Below, piece after piece: positions 20,719 through 30,171 of a DNA stretch of 53,313 bases. Both the position numbers and the translations under genes were made by a program. Source of the stretch: a virus (taxonomy: Duplodnaviria; Caudoviricetes); the IMG/VR virus record IMGVR_UViG_3300009164_000103, positions 1-53,313 of that record. One strand, given 5' to 3'. The notes below the pieces were generated by a model, which worked only from the letters and a program-made list of their open reading frames with translations, had not been told where the DNA came from and did no database searches. Numbering within the stretch: the stretch's first letter is position 1; every line of letters starts with the position of its first letter.

Positions 20719-20894
20719 TGCTTGATTAGTTGTTGGTCTACTTGTTCCCGCACAATCGAGGCTTCATGATTAGCCTTAGCTCGTGCGGCTATGCGTCCCC
20801 AGAAATATGCTCTGCCAATATTCCTGATGTATAACCACGCAGTTATACATAAAGACATTACGATCAATAGAAGTCCTGCGATGAGTCCTTCCAT
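20709..20894 (-). CDS. Small membrane protein
   Basis: N-terminal hydrophobic helix; TAATG coupling to the upstream gene. Confidence 0.55.
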   Translation of the reverse strand: MEGLIAGLLLIVMSLCITAWLYIRNIGRAYFWGRIAARAKANHEASIVREQVDQQLIKQWL

Positions 20895-21169
20895 TATTCC
20901 CAGAAACCCTTGTCAGGTTGTTTGGTCTGTGTCTGCTTCGACACATAAGGGGTGCTGGCCTTGATGGAGATGAACGTGTTCCCGTTCTTGCTGACCTTGT
21001 TCCACCCAGCGAGAGAAATCTTAGCTGGATTGCCAGCCTTTAGCTCTGTGGCTAGCGCCTTTAGTAGTTCAGGGCTGATCTCGATGTCGCCCTTCCATTC
21101 AGGGGCCTTGAGGTTCTGCTTACGGTCATTGGCGAATAGAGCGCCAGAGTCTAGGTATTTGTTTTCCAT
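20894..21169 (-). CDS. Single-stranded DNA-binding protein-like (DUF736-like)
   Basis: SGALFANDRK...APEWKG...LAGW...GNTFISI; acidic/aromatic C-terminus; follows ERF. Confidence 0.7.
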   Translation of the reverse strand: MENKYLDSGALFANDRKQNLKAPEWKGDIEISPELLKALATELKAGNPAKISLAGWNKVSKNGNTFISIKASTPYVSKQTQTKQPDKGFWE

Positions 21170-21190
21170 TTTCTTGTCCTTATATCCTTG

Positions 21191-21850
21191 TTATTTGAGG
21201 TTTTCTACAGCTTTAGCGAACAACGCACCGATCTCGGCCTCTCGATTAGGAACCTGTAATTTAGCACTGTTGATTGAGCTTTTGTACCTAGTCCAAACGC
21301 TTCGAGCTTCGACCTTGGAGCTGCAATGCACCAGTTCATCTTGAATCTGGGCAATGAGTTGGTCGATATCAATCGACTGCTTAGGCTGCTCGATTACTGT
21401 AGCCTTTTGTTCAGTCGGGGGCTTGATTTGATCCCTGACATAGTTTTCATCGCGCTCAGGGTCGTCACCAGTCTCTAGCTGGAACGTCTTGAGCAAGAAG
21501 TACTTGTTGGCCCCGGTCAGCGCCTTGTATAGGCCCTTGTCTCCAACGCCGTTCTTGTTGCGGTCGTTACCACATCCAAAGAAGTGGCAGGTCAGGCTCT
21601 CACCTGTCTCGTGAAAGATTGTGTAGGCTACGCGCACGGTTGTGTTGCCGTGTTCGTCTGGTCCCTTGCATTCGAGCACATCTGATACGATAACCAGCCC
21701 ATTCTCGATTAAATGTGGGCGCAATCCATTGATTGCATCGCCTTCAGTGGCGTACTTGTAGCCATGGAACTCATTCTTCCCAGCTTTCTGAACGAAGCCA
21801 ACGCCAGCCATTACTTTACCTATGGCAGCGATAATATTCATGTTAGACAT
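21191..21850 (-). CDS. erf: ERF-family single-strand annealing protein
   Basis: KAGKNEFHGYKYA...DKGLYKALTGANKYFLLKTFQLETGDDPE. Start uncertain (21850, 21862 or 21907). Confidence 0.9.
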   Translation of the reverse strand: MSNMNIIAAIGKVMAGVGFVQKAGKNEFHGYKYATEGDAINGLRPHLIENGLVIVSDVLECKGPDEHGNTTVRVAYTIFHETGESLTCHFFGCGNDRNKNGVGDKGLYKALTGANKYFLLKTFQLETGDDPERDENYVRDQIKPPTEQKATVIEQPKQSIDIDQLIAQIQDELVHCSSKVEARSVWTRYKSSINSAKLQVPNREAEIGALFAKAVENLK

Positions 21851-22751
21851 ACGGTGTGACATCTCCTCTGGTTGTTTTTTCTTTAATCTCTCTGGCGCGT
21901 TGCTCACATTTCAGTGCCACGCCACAGTAGTTGCCTTCGCACTTTCTTGCTATGCCTGAACGGACTTCTATCCATCCGTTCTCTATTTGCACTAGCCTGT
22001 CAGACGCTTCCTCTTGCGTATCGAATACTTTGACAGCTCTAGTTCCTCCTTCTTTCATCACTGCAAACTTGTCGGGCATTCTCCACTGCTCCTGCTCTGT
22101 GCAGTCTGGCAGCTTCTCACCAAACACATGGGCCTCTTCGGCCTGCTGGTGGAGCTTTACCCTTTGGTTTATGTATTCAGCCTGTTGTTTGACAGGCCAA
22201 AGCCTGATGTCCATGATCTGTATTGGTCCACTTTGACGTGGCACAAAGACGTTCCTCTTATGATCTCGTATCACAGCGATCACTTGCGCCTTTGATATTG
22301 TCCTACCTGTGGTTTGATTTATCAAGTAGGCGTAGCAATTTAATTGCTCCTCCCATTCAGCGGCAACACCTCGTTCGATCTTCGATTCGGTGGTGACTTT
22401 CCAGTCATAAATGCACCACGTCCCATCTTCTAGTGGGGTCTGAATATCTACCTGACCTGACACGATCCAGTCGAGGACATTGTGGTAGTATCGTTCCTCC
22501 ACTATGTAATTAGGCAATCCCTGGAGGGCTTGTTCAGCGTATTGATGCCAAGCGGTCCCAAGAGAAGACCACAATCTGTCGATCACATCCTCATGTATGC
22601 CATCCTTACGGAGGATACGGATCTTAGGGCCTTGCAGGAGTTCTGTCACGCTACAATGTGACGCTCCCTTGGAGTACCTATCCGTTGTCAGTACTGCTGC
22701 TACTGGATCTGGCAGTTTGTGCCTGTTTCCGTAGCTCTTCCTCAATTGCAT
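21843..22751 (-). CDS. PD-(D/E)xK exonuclease (Cas4/RecB-like)
   Basis: GTAWH, EER, SGQVD, IYDWKVT, QLNCY motifs and C-terminal Cys cluster; adjacent to ERF. Confidence 0.85.
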   Translation of the reverse strand: MQLRKSYGNRHKLPDPVAAVLTTDRYSKGASHCSVTELLQGPKIRILRKDGIHEDVIDRLWSSLGTAWHQYAEQALQGLPNYIVEERYYHNVLDWIVSGQVDIQTPLEDGTWCIYDWKVTTESKIERGVAAEWEEQLNCYAYLINQTTGRTISKAQVIAVIRDHKRNVFVPRQSGPIQIMDIRLWPVKQQAEYINQRVKLHQQAEEAHVFGEKLPDCTEQEQWRMPDKFAVMKEGGTRAVKVFDTQEEASDRLVQIENGWIEVRSGIARKCEGNYCGVALKCEQRAREIKEKTTRGDVTPYV

Positions 22752-22848
22752 GCGTTACGAACCTCCTTAATGTTGTTTTCCCATCAACGACTTGGTGTTT
22801 TAGTAGTCGATGGAGTTCTTCGGTTATGTTTATCGTAAGCCGTGCCAT
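22678..22848 (-). CDS. Ribbon-helix-helix (ParG/CopG-like) DNA-binding protein
   Basis: MARLTINITEELHRLLK...TLRRFVTHAIEE fits the RHH pattern; ATG lies 7 nt after a TATGAT -10. Confidence 0.75.
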   Translation of the reverse strand: MARLTINITEELHRLLKHQVVDGKTTLRRFVTHAIEEELRKQAQTARSSSSSTDNG

Positions 22849-22855
22849 CAGTATA

Positions 22856-22903
22856 ATCATACACATTTTTACATTTGCGCGCAAATCTTTTATCATGTAG
22901 GAT
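22856..22903. promoter_or_regulatory. Divergent sigma70-type promoter pair sharing a palindromic -35 region
   Basis: Plus: TTGCGC(22875-80)-17-TAGGAT(22898-903). Minus: TTGCGC(22884-79)-17-TATGAT(22861-56). Palindrome ATTTGCGCGCAAAT at 22873-22886. Confidence 0.7.
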
Positions 22904-22909
22904 CATAGA

Positions 22910-24715
22910 GTGCCTAGTTTCGATAGCCTTGGATCACAGTTTGAGTACTCGGGCCGCAGTATCTGGAGAACTATTTGTCCAGATTGTAGTCCAGGTCGTC
23001 ATAAAGAGAACGTAAACCTACCCGTCCTGTCCTGGTCCAGAGGGGATCTTGGGCCTGTCTACCACTGCCATCATTGCGGATCGAAGGGAGTTGTACTCCC
23101 CCCGAAGGACAATTATCGAAACGTATACGAATACCGGGAGAGCAAAAGCGAAGTGATTGATTTAAGTGATCTTGATTTTCTATTTGATAATGATCCTCCC
23201 GTACCTGCGGTAGTGATTGATCCAATACCTGCACAGCCAACAGTAGAGGTGAAGCCTGAGAGGAAGCTGATGCAACAGCATCTCGACTACCTCTTGAGGC
23301 GTGGGATATCGGAAGAGACTGCCGATCTAGGCAGGTTGAGCAGTACACGCAAGTTCTTGCGCTCTGGTGGAGGAGATCAGGAGGTGATTGCCTTCCCCTT
23401 CTACGACCTTGATGGCAACCTAGCCAGTAGCAAGTATCGTTCATCAGCTACGAAGGCATTCGCCCAGGATACTGGGGCTGGGGGCCTGCTGTACGGGTTG
23501 CATCAGAAGTTTGATACTACCAGACCTCTTGTGATCTGCGAAGGCGAGATGGACGCCGTATCAGTAGCACAGGCAGGTATACCCAATTGGGTATCGGTCC
23601 CAGCGGGTGCGCCAGTTAAGGCAGAGAAGGGAAACAGCCAGCGGTTCTCTTGGATTGCAGAGCTAGAAGAATTCCTTGGTCGGTTTAGCATGTATATCCT
23701 TTGTGTTGATGCTGATACTCCAGGTAAAAACCTGGGTGAAGAGTTAGCGCGAAGGCTAGGACGTAGCCGTTGCATGTCCGTTGCCTACCCGTCTGATAGT
23801 AAAGATGCAAACGATGTACTGGTTAAACATGGGCAGGATGTCCTGCGTCAGGTTCTGTTAGACGCCAGACCCATACCTCTTACGGCACTGCATACGGCAG
23901 ATCACTACGCAGATCAAGTCATGGATCTATTCATCAAAGGCGATGGTCGAGGTGAGAGTACTGGGTTCGCCGGCGTGGATCAACTCTACACTGTGGCGCG
24001 TGGTCAGATGACAGTGGTGACGGGTATACCCTCGTCGGGCAAGTCTAATTTCCTGGATCAGATCATGGTCAATCTGGCACATCGAGAAGGATGGAAGTTC
24101 GCTATCGCATCCATGGAAAACGAACCAGCCAAACATATATCCAAGCTCTCTGAGATGCACATCAAGAAGCCGTTCTATAATCAATGGCCTGGAAGCATGA
24201 CCAAGTCCGAAGCTCAAGCGGAGATCGCTTGGTGTCACAAACACTTTACGTTTATCGACTTCGCAAGTAGCCGTGAGCTTCCTACAGTAGATGCTATGCT
24301 CGACCGCGCCAACGCCGCTGTGCTGCGGTATGGGGTTGATGGATTAGTGATTGATCCATACAACTGCTTGGACCTTGGACGTAATCAAACGCAGAGCGAA
24401 ACAGAATCAGTCTCGCTTATGTTAAGCAAGGTGTCAGCGTTCGCCAAGGCAAGCAATGTGCATGTCTGGTTTGTCGCGCACCCTGCTAAGATGATGAACC
24501 AAGGTACAGCGCCAATCGTTCCAGGTGGGTACGAGATCAGCGGTTCGGCTCACTGGTATAACAAAACAGATTGTGGTTTAACCGTACACCGGAAAGACCA
24601 GGATGGTTACGTCGAACTGCACGTCTGGAAGTGCAGGTTCAAGTGGGTAGGCAAGCAAGGGATGACGCGCCTGAAGTACGACATCCCCACTGGCACATAC
24701 TACGAGATCATTTGA
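22910..24715 (+). CDS. Primase-helicase (T7 gp4/Twinkle-like)
   Basis: Zinc finger CPDC...CHHC, TOPRIM EGEMD and DAD, KDAND, SF4 Walker A GIPSSGKS, VIDPYN, VAHP, ISGSAHW. Confidence 0.93.
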   Translation: MPSFDSLGSQFEYSGRSIWRTICPDCSPGRHKENVNLPVLSWSRGDLGPVYHCHHCGSKGVVLPPKDNYRNVYEYRESKSEVIDLSDLDFLFDNDPPVPAVVIDPIPAQPTVEVKPERKLMQQHLDYLLRRGISEETADLGRLSSTRKFLRSGGGDQEVIAFPFYDLDGNLASSKYRSSATKAFAQDTGAGGLLYGLHQKFDTTRPLVICEGEMDAVSVAQAGIPNWVSVPAGAPVKAEKGNSQRFSWIAELEEFLGRFSMYILCVDADTPGKNLGEELARRLGRSRCMSVAYPSDSKDANDVLVKHGQDVLRQVLLDARPIPLTALHTADHYADQVMDLFIKGDGRGESTGFAGVDQLYTVARGQMTVVTGIPSSGKSNFLDQIMVNLAHREGWKFAIASMENEPAKHISKLSEMHIKKPFYNQWPGSMTKSEAQAEIAWCHKHFTFIDFASSRELPTVDAMLDRANAAVLRYGVDGLVIDPYNCLDLGRNQTQSETESVSLMLSKVSAFAKASNVHVWFVAHPAKMMNQGTAPIVPGGYEISGSAHWYNKTDCGLTVHRKDQDGYVELHVWKCRFKWVGKQGMTRLKYDIPTGTYYEII

Positions 24716-25832
24716 GGTTGATGACCGTTCCAAAGGGTGGGGTTGTCTGATACTTCCCCACTCGCATCCATATCGTAGGTACACCTGGATCAGTGCCGAA
24801 GTTGCTGCACTCCATGTCTGTCAGGTAGACAAACGCTTTAGGCTTTAGCTGGTGCTTCTGTGCGTAGTCAAACACTGGCGCGAATCGAGTGCCGCCACGT
24901 TGGGCTACGAATCCGCTCAGGTCCATCGGCTTCCCCGGCTTGAGCTTGTCATGCTTGTATACGTCAGTGTCGCAGTACAATACATGCGTCACCTCAGGTC
25001 TGACTTTACCTAGGAAGTGATTGATAAGTCCCAGGAATCGTTCCAGGTCTTCGTTCGCTACGCTGGCAGAGGTATCCACGCCAACTACTAGAGCGCCTAC
25101 TCCGGTCTTCATTACGCTGGGCAGGTACATACCCTGTCCCATGAATCGTCGAGAAGGTCTGGCCCAAGTGTAGTCGGTAGCGAAGATAGGCGACATGAAC
25201 TTCTGGAATAGATACTGGTAGTTCTCTTCTGGCTCACGAGTCTTGACAACCATGGCGCGTAAGGGTCCAGGCATATGGCCCATGGCCTTAGCCTTCTGCT
25301 CACCTTGAGCCACGCTAACCTTAGCATTCTCCTTAGCAGTAGCCTGCTGCTCTTCGTTGCCGGGAGTGGGCCTCACGTCACCGTTGTTGCCGTTGCTGCT
25401 ACTACCACTACCACCATTGCCCTGCTCTTGTTTCTGCTCAGGCAATAGTTTGTATATCTGCTGCCAGGACATGTCTTTGTACCTGCTATCGAGTAGCGCA
25501 CATGAGGGTAGCTTATACCCGCAATCGTATATCAATAGGTTGATGGCATAGTCCATGGCAATGTTAGCTCGTCGTGGTTCGTAGCCCTTCATGCTCATTG
25601 GGTGCAGCAAAGCAACGTGCATGATCTCATGGATAGCTACAGCCTTGACCTCCTCGTTGGTCATAGACTCGACGAACTTAGGGTTGTAAAAGAATGCAGT
25701 GCCGTCCGTTGCCATGGTAGGGCAAGACTCATCTGCAATCCAGGGGTAGCGAAGGGCGAGGGTTCCGAAGAACACCTCGCTGCCCATCGCCAGCTTCACA
25801 TTGTTGCGTACAATCTTGTCTGCTGGTGTCAT
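24708..25832 (-). CDS. Metallopeptidase-like plus VWA domain protein (DUF2201-like)
   Basis: TMATDG, HEIMH (HExxH), NIAMDYAIN, MIDAS-like VDTSAS, GGTRF, YLTD. Confidence 0.88.
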   Translation of the reverse strand: MTPADKIVRNNVKLAMGSEVFFGTLALRYPWIADESCPTMATDGTAFFYNPKFVESMTNEEVKAVAIHEIMHVALLHPMSMKGYEPRRANIAMDYAINLLIYDCGYKLPSCALLDSRYKDMSWQQIYKLLPEQKQEQGNGGSGSSSNGNNGDVRPTPGNEEQQATAKENAKVSVAQGEQKAKAMGHMPGPLRAMVVKTREPEENYQYLFQKFMSPIFATDYTWARPSRRFMGQGMYLPSVMKTGVGALVVGVDTSASVANEDLERFLGLINHFLGKVRPEVTHVLYCDTDVYKHDKLKPGKPMDLSGFVAQRGGTRFAPVFDYAQKHQLKPKAFVYLTDMECSNFGTDPGVPTIWMRVGKYQTTPPFGTVINLK

Positions 25833-25840
25833 GTTTCCCT

Positions 25841-26728
25841 CTATGCGAACATCCCGCTCATCTGCTTCAGTATGTCTTCAGTCTGTTGAGCAATGGCCTT
25901 AGCGTCTACGGTAACCTCAGCCCTTGCAGCATCGTTCTCTCGCAGGATCTGTGCGCTGTACTGGCACAGCTTCTGGTCAATGTCACGGGCCAGAGCATCA
26001 AGTCGAGCATCGCCACCCACGTTGAGACGTGGCAGCAACTCAGCCAGCTCTCTGGCATTGTCCACGAGGGAGTCGTTGAATCTCCCACTGCGAGTGCCGT
26101 TGTAGTTTGCCAGACGATCAGCCATGTGGCTGGCCTGCTTGTATACACGGTCGAACAAGTCTCGACAGGCTTCAGTGTAGTTACTGGCGAGTCGCTTCTC
26201 CAGGTCCAACTCCATCTGCTGCACTACTTCTTGCGACAGAGATACCCTGAAGTCCCCTGTCTCAGGCAGGGGAGAGAACGAGATCTCCCAAGAGAACTTG
26301 CTACGAATATCAGCCAGCAATGGGAAGTCCTCACTGTTGAACAACCCATTGAGGCGATACTTTGCTTCGTTGATGAGGTCAGGGTACTCCTGTACAAACC
26401 TGTCGAGTGCCTGCTCATGCTTGCTTCGGTACTCAGACATTGCTTGCTGGTAGTTCTGATAGTTCTTCACAGGCAGGATACGAACACCGTCAGCATCCTG
26501 CCAAGGCAGGGTCTGATCGTAGTGATACGTCCTGGCATTAGTGATGTTGCTGGAGATGTACTTCATGTACTTCTTAGAAGCCAACTGCTTATTGAATCGG
26601 CCCACCTCCCCGGCGTGATTGTTTGCGCCATGATTCGCTTCGACTTCTTCAGTCGCCTTCTTGTCGAACTTGTACCCTGTCCACTGAGCGACAGACAAAC
26701 GAACTAACACTGCTTGATTCGATAACAT
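25841..26728 (-). CDS. Helical protein associated with MoxR/VWA modules (DUF3150-like)
   Basis: WTGYKFD, TLPW..GVRILP, LFNSEDFP; sits between the AAA and VWA genes. Confidence 0.65.
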   Translation of the reverse strand: MLSNQAVLVRLSVAQWTGYKFDKKATEEVEANHGANNHAGEVGRFNKQLASKKYMKYISSNITNARTYHYDQTLPWQDADGVRILPVKNYQNYQQAMSEYRSKHEQALDRFVQEYPDLINEAKYRLNGLFNSEDFPLLADIRSKFSWEISFSPLPETGDFRVSLSQEVVQQMELDLEKRLASNYTEACRDLFDRVYKQASHMADRLANYNGTRSGRFNDSLVDNARELAELLPRLNVGGDARLDALARDIDQKLCQYSAQILRENDAARAEVTVDAKAIAQQTEDILKQMSGMFA

Positions 26729-26782
26729 GATTGATCTCCTTGATCGTTGGTTAGGTTATGGTTTTGTCTCAGAATGAGACAG

Positions 26783-27805
26783 TTAGAAGATGTCTTGGTA
26801 CTTGGCATTGTTGAGCATAGCCATCACAGATGGGACTGTAATGGATTCTGGCTTACGCTGGTGGGTATCCCTGAGGAACAAGCACCCATACTCAGGAGAC
26901 ATACGCTGTATGTACTCGCACAGTGCGCCAGAGTTAGTGGGGTTCCAGTTAGCGGACAGATAGGTGGCGGTTGCGTAGCATTCGCTTAATGCTATCGGCA
27001 GTGGCGCAGAACTAGGCGATGCCTCAATCGCTGAGATGTTAGGTAGGCTTCTCCAGACACGCATGAAGCCCAGGAACTCAGTGCCTGTGCCTTGTCCAAT
27101 GCATCCGTTGATTAACTCCCCGGCAATGTCAGTGTCAGGCTGCTGGTCCATGATGCGAGACAGCATCTCGACAGAGCGTGGGGTACAGAAAGCGAACTCG
27201 CTTTTGTTAGGTTGTGCCACTAGTAGTGGCTTGCGGAACTCAAAGAACCCTATGATCTCTGGCCGAATAGATGGACTGATAGGCTTAGGCGCAACTAACT
27301 CAACCTTGAGGTTGTCGCCGCTGATTGCCCAATCCTTCCAGGAATCGAAGCTCGATTCGAGATTGATATGCAAGAAGCGATTCAACAATGGCGCAGGTGG
27401 CTGGTTGTAATTGCCGCCGTCCTCTGCTCTGTTGCCAGTTGCGCATATGTACGCACCCTTGGGTAGAGTATAGTCGCCTAGCTTACGCTCTAATACTAAC
27501 TGATAGAAGGCGCATTGCATAGACACTGGCGCATCTGGTAACTCCTCAATTACCATGATGGTGTTGTCTTGCGTAGGCAACCAAGAGGGAATGGCTCTCT
27601 TGCAGATGCCGTTCTCGATGTAAGGTATACCCATATCTACTGGGTCCATCGTTGTTGGTCGTGCGTCGATGTGTATATACTTCCACGCCCTACTGACACA
27701 GGAGAGTCCTGAAGTCTTACCCACTCCCGTCTGCCCCCATACCCATGCAGGTACTTTAGCGTTGATGCAGACCTGTATTGCCTTCATGAATTGCTTTGAG
27801 TACAT
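26783..27805 (-). CDS. MoxR-like AAA+ ATPase
   Basis: Walker A GQTGVGKT, Walker B-like VIEEL, ATGNR, LLNRF, TPRS. Confidence 0.9.
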   Translation of the reverse strand: MYSKQFMKAIQVCINAKVPAWVWGQTGVGKTSGLSCVSRAWKYIHIDARPTTMDPVDMGIPYIENGICKRAIPSWLPTQDNTIMVIEELPDAPVSMQCAFYQLVLERKLGDYTLPKGAYICATGNRAEDGGNYNQPPAPLLNRFLHINLESSFDSWKDWAISGDNLKVELVAPKPISPSIRPEIIGFFEFRKPLLVAQPNKSEFAFCTPRSVEMLSRIMDQQPDTDIAGELINGCIGQGTGTEFLGFMRVWRSLPNISAIEASPSSAPLPIALSECYATATYLSANWNPTNSGALCEYIQRMSPEYGCLFLRDTHQRKPESITVPSVMAMLNNAKYQDIF

Positions 27806-27828
27806 AGTAATCTCCCTTTGGTTGGTTG

Positions 27829-27945
27829 TTAGATACAGCTTGCGATGTAGCTGATAGCTACTACGAAAACGATTGCCATTGCTAGACTGATTAGCTCAGT
27901 TAGCAGGTTGTTTGTGTCAGATAGAACGGAGAAGGCTTTCTTCAC
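27829..27945 (-). CDS. Small membrane peptide (38 aa, not in ORF track)
   Basis: GTGA overlap with the upstream ORF; hydrophobic LISLAMAIVFVVAISYIA. Confidence 0.45.
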   Translation of the reverse strand: MKKAFSVLSDTNNLLTELISLAMAIVFVVAISYIASCI

Positions 27946-28115
27946 AGTGCCTCCCCGTTGTTCTCCCTCTCCAGCATCATGAGTTCTGCCGCTCGATACC
28001 TAGTCTTAGAGTTGAGTATCATTGCATGCAACATCTCTTGCTGCAACTCATCCTCGATCTGAAAGATGCCGCTATCGTCATCCCATACGAATCGAACATC
28101 CAAACATATCTTCAT
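27942..28115 (-). CDS. Hypothetical protein (57 aa, not in ORF track)
   Basis: GGAGG RBS; MKICLDVRFVWDDD...; start/stop overlaps at both ends. Confidence 0.55.
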   Translation of the reverse strand: MKICLDVRFVWDDDSGIFQIEDELQQEMLHAMILNSKTRYRAAELMMLERENNGEAL

Positions 28116-28234
28116 GACTTGCCCTCCATTATGTTCAAGTACACTGCTCCAGCAGTAGCCAGCACAGCCACCAGATAGTCTCCGGTTATCACTCCAACCA
28201 GTACACCCAAAGTTGCTATTGCATAGCGAATCAT
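28112..28234 (-). CDS. Small membrane peptide (40 aa, not in ORF track)
   Basis: ATGA overlaps at both ends; MIRYAIATLGVLVGVITGDYLVAVLATAGAVYL. Confidence 0.5.
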   Translation of the reverse strand: MIRYAIATLGVLVGVITGDYLVAVLATAGAVYLNIMEGKS

Positions 28235-28398
28235 TGGCTCAACTCCTGTGCCACAAGGGCATCCAGACCAAGCGCGTAGATGATACCCCCCGCCCTGTAG
28301 TAGTTCATAATCACAGCCGCATCTCTAGACTTAGCTGCCTCCAGTAGTACATAGTCAAACACTCGCCCTAATAGAGCTGCTGCATCTGCATGGTTCAT
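28231..28398 (-). CDS. Hypothetical protein
   Basis: GGAGGT RBS; ATGA-coupled start MNHAD. Confidence 0.55.
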   Translation of the reverse strand: MNHADAAALLGRVFDYVLLEAAKSRDAAVIMNYYRAGGIIYALGLDALVAQELSQ

Positions 28399-28832
28399 GC
28401 GTTCACCTCCCGCTCGACTGAATAGCACCTTGCCAAGTCCTCTGCGATCTGAACTGGATTGAATTCGTTTTGTCGGGCCACCTCATCCTTGTCATCTTCG
28501 TCAATATTGGCGTCCATCCACTCGATAACATCGGTTGGGCTGAATGTCTCGTTGTCTCGCTGGATAATCCGCGCCAGCTCCATCGTCAGCCGCTCTCTGA
28601 TTGGGTAGAGGCTGACCTTCCACCCCATCTCTTTCTGCACCGCACGGGCAGCGCGGAATCTGTAGCCAGACCCGCTGAATACCAGCGCATTCGTCTCGTC
28701 CTGGTCAAGTGTCCAGGCATCGTAGTCCCCGCATTCGGAAACCGGACGACCAAATACTTCGTCGTCTATGTTGGCAGTTTTGAGTAGGCATGATTCACTC
28801 GTAACGTAGCAATAAATCTTTTGATTGGTCAT
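28395..28832 (-). CDS. Hypothetical early protein
   Basis: GAGGA RBS directly after a palindrome copy. Confidence 0.65.
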   Translation of the reverse strand: MTNQKIYCYVTSESCLLKTANIDDEVFGRPVSECGDYDAWTLDQDETNALVFSGSGYRFRAARAVQKEMGWKVSLYPIRERLTMELARIIQRDNETFSPTDVIEWMDANIDEDDKDEVARQNEFNPVQIAEDLARCYSVEREVNA

Positions 28833-28842
28833 GTCTCGTCCT

Positions 28843-29298
28843 CTACTTGTGTCTCACAGTGAGACAGTTTAGTATCCAGTATCCATAGACACACCGACTC
28901 CCATTACGGCTTGGGTTGTAAGTGTCTCTTATCACGCCATCAATCATGCAAGTGAGATGATTGGTCACCCTGATGACTATCCTGCCCATAGGTAGTTCGT
29001 CTGCCTTCAGGTGAACACGGCAACCATCTCCAACCTGCATGGTAGGGGTCCAGGTGAAGCCCAGACCTACCATGTAATCGCGGAACCACTTGCGCCTTGT
29101 GTATATACCAGCGTCAGCGGTTTGTTCTGTAGCTTTGCTACGTTTAGTCTTTCGCTGTGCATAGTTACCTTGCGCCAGCGATTCATGTACTTGTGCGTAT
29201 GGTAAACCTGTAGCTATGGCTACCGCACGGGCAGCGCAATCTTTCGCCTTGCCCTTGAATCCAGCGGCCTTACGACCACCATCGTCATATACCCACAC
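28843..29298 (-). CDS. Conserved phage protein with DC...H...DT motif set (possible papain-like fold)
   Basis: YDDGGR, DCAARAVAIATG, HLTCMIDGVIRDT, CVYGYW. GTG start reassigned after GAGGT. Confidence 0.7.
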   Translation of the reverse strand: MWVYDDGGRKAAGFKGKAKDCAARAVAIATGLPYAQVHESLAQGNYAQRKTKRSKATEQTADAGIYTRRKWFRDYMVGLGFTWTPTMQVGDGCRVHLKADELPMGRIVIRVTNHLTCMIDGVIRDTYNPSRNGSRCVYGYWILNCLTVRHK

Positions 29299-29302
29299 GT
29301 TG

Positions 29303-29647
29303 TTAGACCTCGCTGCTACCCATGAACTTATCGAATCCCGCACGTTGTACCGGGGGAAGGTTATCAATCTCTGAAGGCGAGGCGTTGACCATGATCCAGG
29401 CGTATGCTTTGTTGTCTGACATAAACCTGTAGGTATCGTTGCTGCCCTGCCAGTTAGACCAAGCATTCAGCACCCACTTACCGCTGGCAGTCAGGAACAG
29501 GGCCTCATGATCCCACTGTCCCCCAGTAGCTTTGCTGATCTGGTTACGACCATCGAAGGTCGTGTCTTCGTCTATCTTGATAGCCTTGCTTTCATCGAAC
29601 CAAGCAAGCGTCTCGTTCTGTTCGTTAGTGATGATTCTCTTTTTCAT
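29303..29647 (-). CDS. Hypothetical early protein
   Basis: GAGGA RBS; WFD...HEALFLTASGKWVL...WSNWQG. Confidence 0.7.
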   Translation of the reverse strand: MKKRIITNEQNETLAWFDESKAIKIDEDTTFDGRNQISKATGGQWDHEALFLTASGKWVLNAWSNWQGSNDTYRFMSDNKAYAWIMVNASPSEIDNLPPVQRAGFDKFMGSSEV

Positions 29648-29680
29648 GTATCCTCTTTTGTGTCTCACTGTGAGACAGTT

Positions 29681-29737
29681 TGGCTGTTGCCTACGCCTTA
29701 CGGCGTTTCGTCCGGGCCGGGGGACTCATCAGGGCTA
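29681..29737 (-). ncRNA. Type I hammerhead ribozyme (HHR-1)
   Basis: Minus strand reads GCC-CUGAUGA-GUCC(CCCGGCCC)GGAC-GAA-ACGCC(GUAA)GGCGU-A/GGC. Complete core; predicted cleavage between 29692 and 29691. Confidence 0.92.
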
Positions 29738-29754
29738 GGTCCACGTCATGATAG

Positions 29755-30156
29755 TCATAAGATCTCCCTACCACAATCGTCGAACCGTTCGCCCGTCTCT
29801 TCGCCCCACTGGGATGGATGGGCCAGCTCCTGACCGTAGCCGTTGTAAAACCTACCGCACCGACAGCCGTTGGTCGTGGCGTCGTCTAGATGTACGTATA
29901 AGCCGCAAGTGCACCTACCTCCGCCAGCCATCATGTAGCTATGCTTGCGCGCTTCTAAGGCCGGGGTGTAGCGGTCTGGCTGGAAAAGCATGGAACACAG
30001 ATTGCGGATAGCTGCATCCGATAGCGCCAATGGATCCAAAACACAGCCATCAACATCACAATCAAAACCTATGCCACAGCCTGGATTATGTTTATCCCAC
30101 GCTGATAAGCTGTAAGTTGTCCTGATTCCCCTTCGTCTTGGTCTTATATCCTTCAT
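29755..30156 (-). CDS. Hypothetical Cys-rich protein
   Basis: AGGAG RBS; start MKDIRP; CTCG...CRCGRFYNGYGQEL...QWGEETGE. Confidence 0.7.
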   Translation of the reverse strand: MKDIRPRRRGIRTTYSLSAWDKHNPGCGIGFDCDVDGCVLDPLALSDAAIRNLCSMLFQPDRYTPALEARKHSYMMAGGGRCTCGLYVHLDDATTNGCRCGRFYNGYGQELAHPSQWGEETGERFDDCGREIL

Positions 30157-30171
30157 TTCATATCTCCTGGT

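Noticed and set aside
21843-22751. Cas4-like nuclease as part of a CRISPR system
   Set aside because: Its context with ERF and SSB-like genes indicates an ordinary phage recombination exonuclease.
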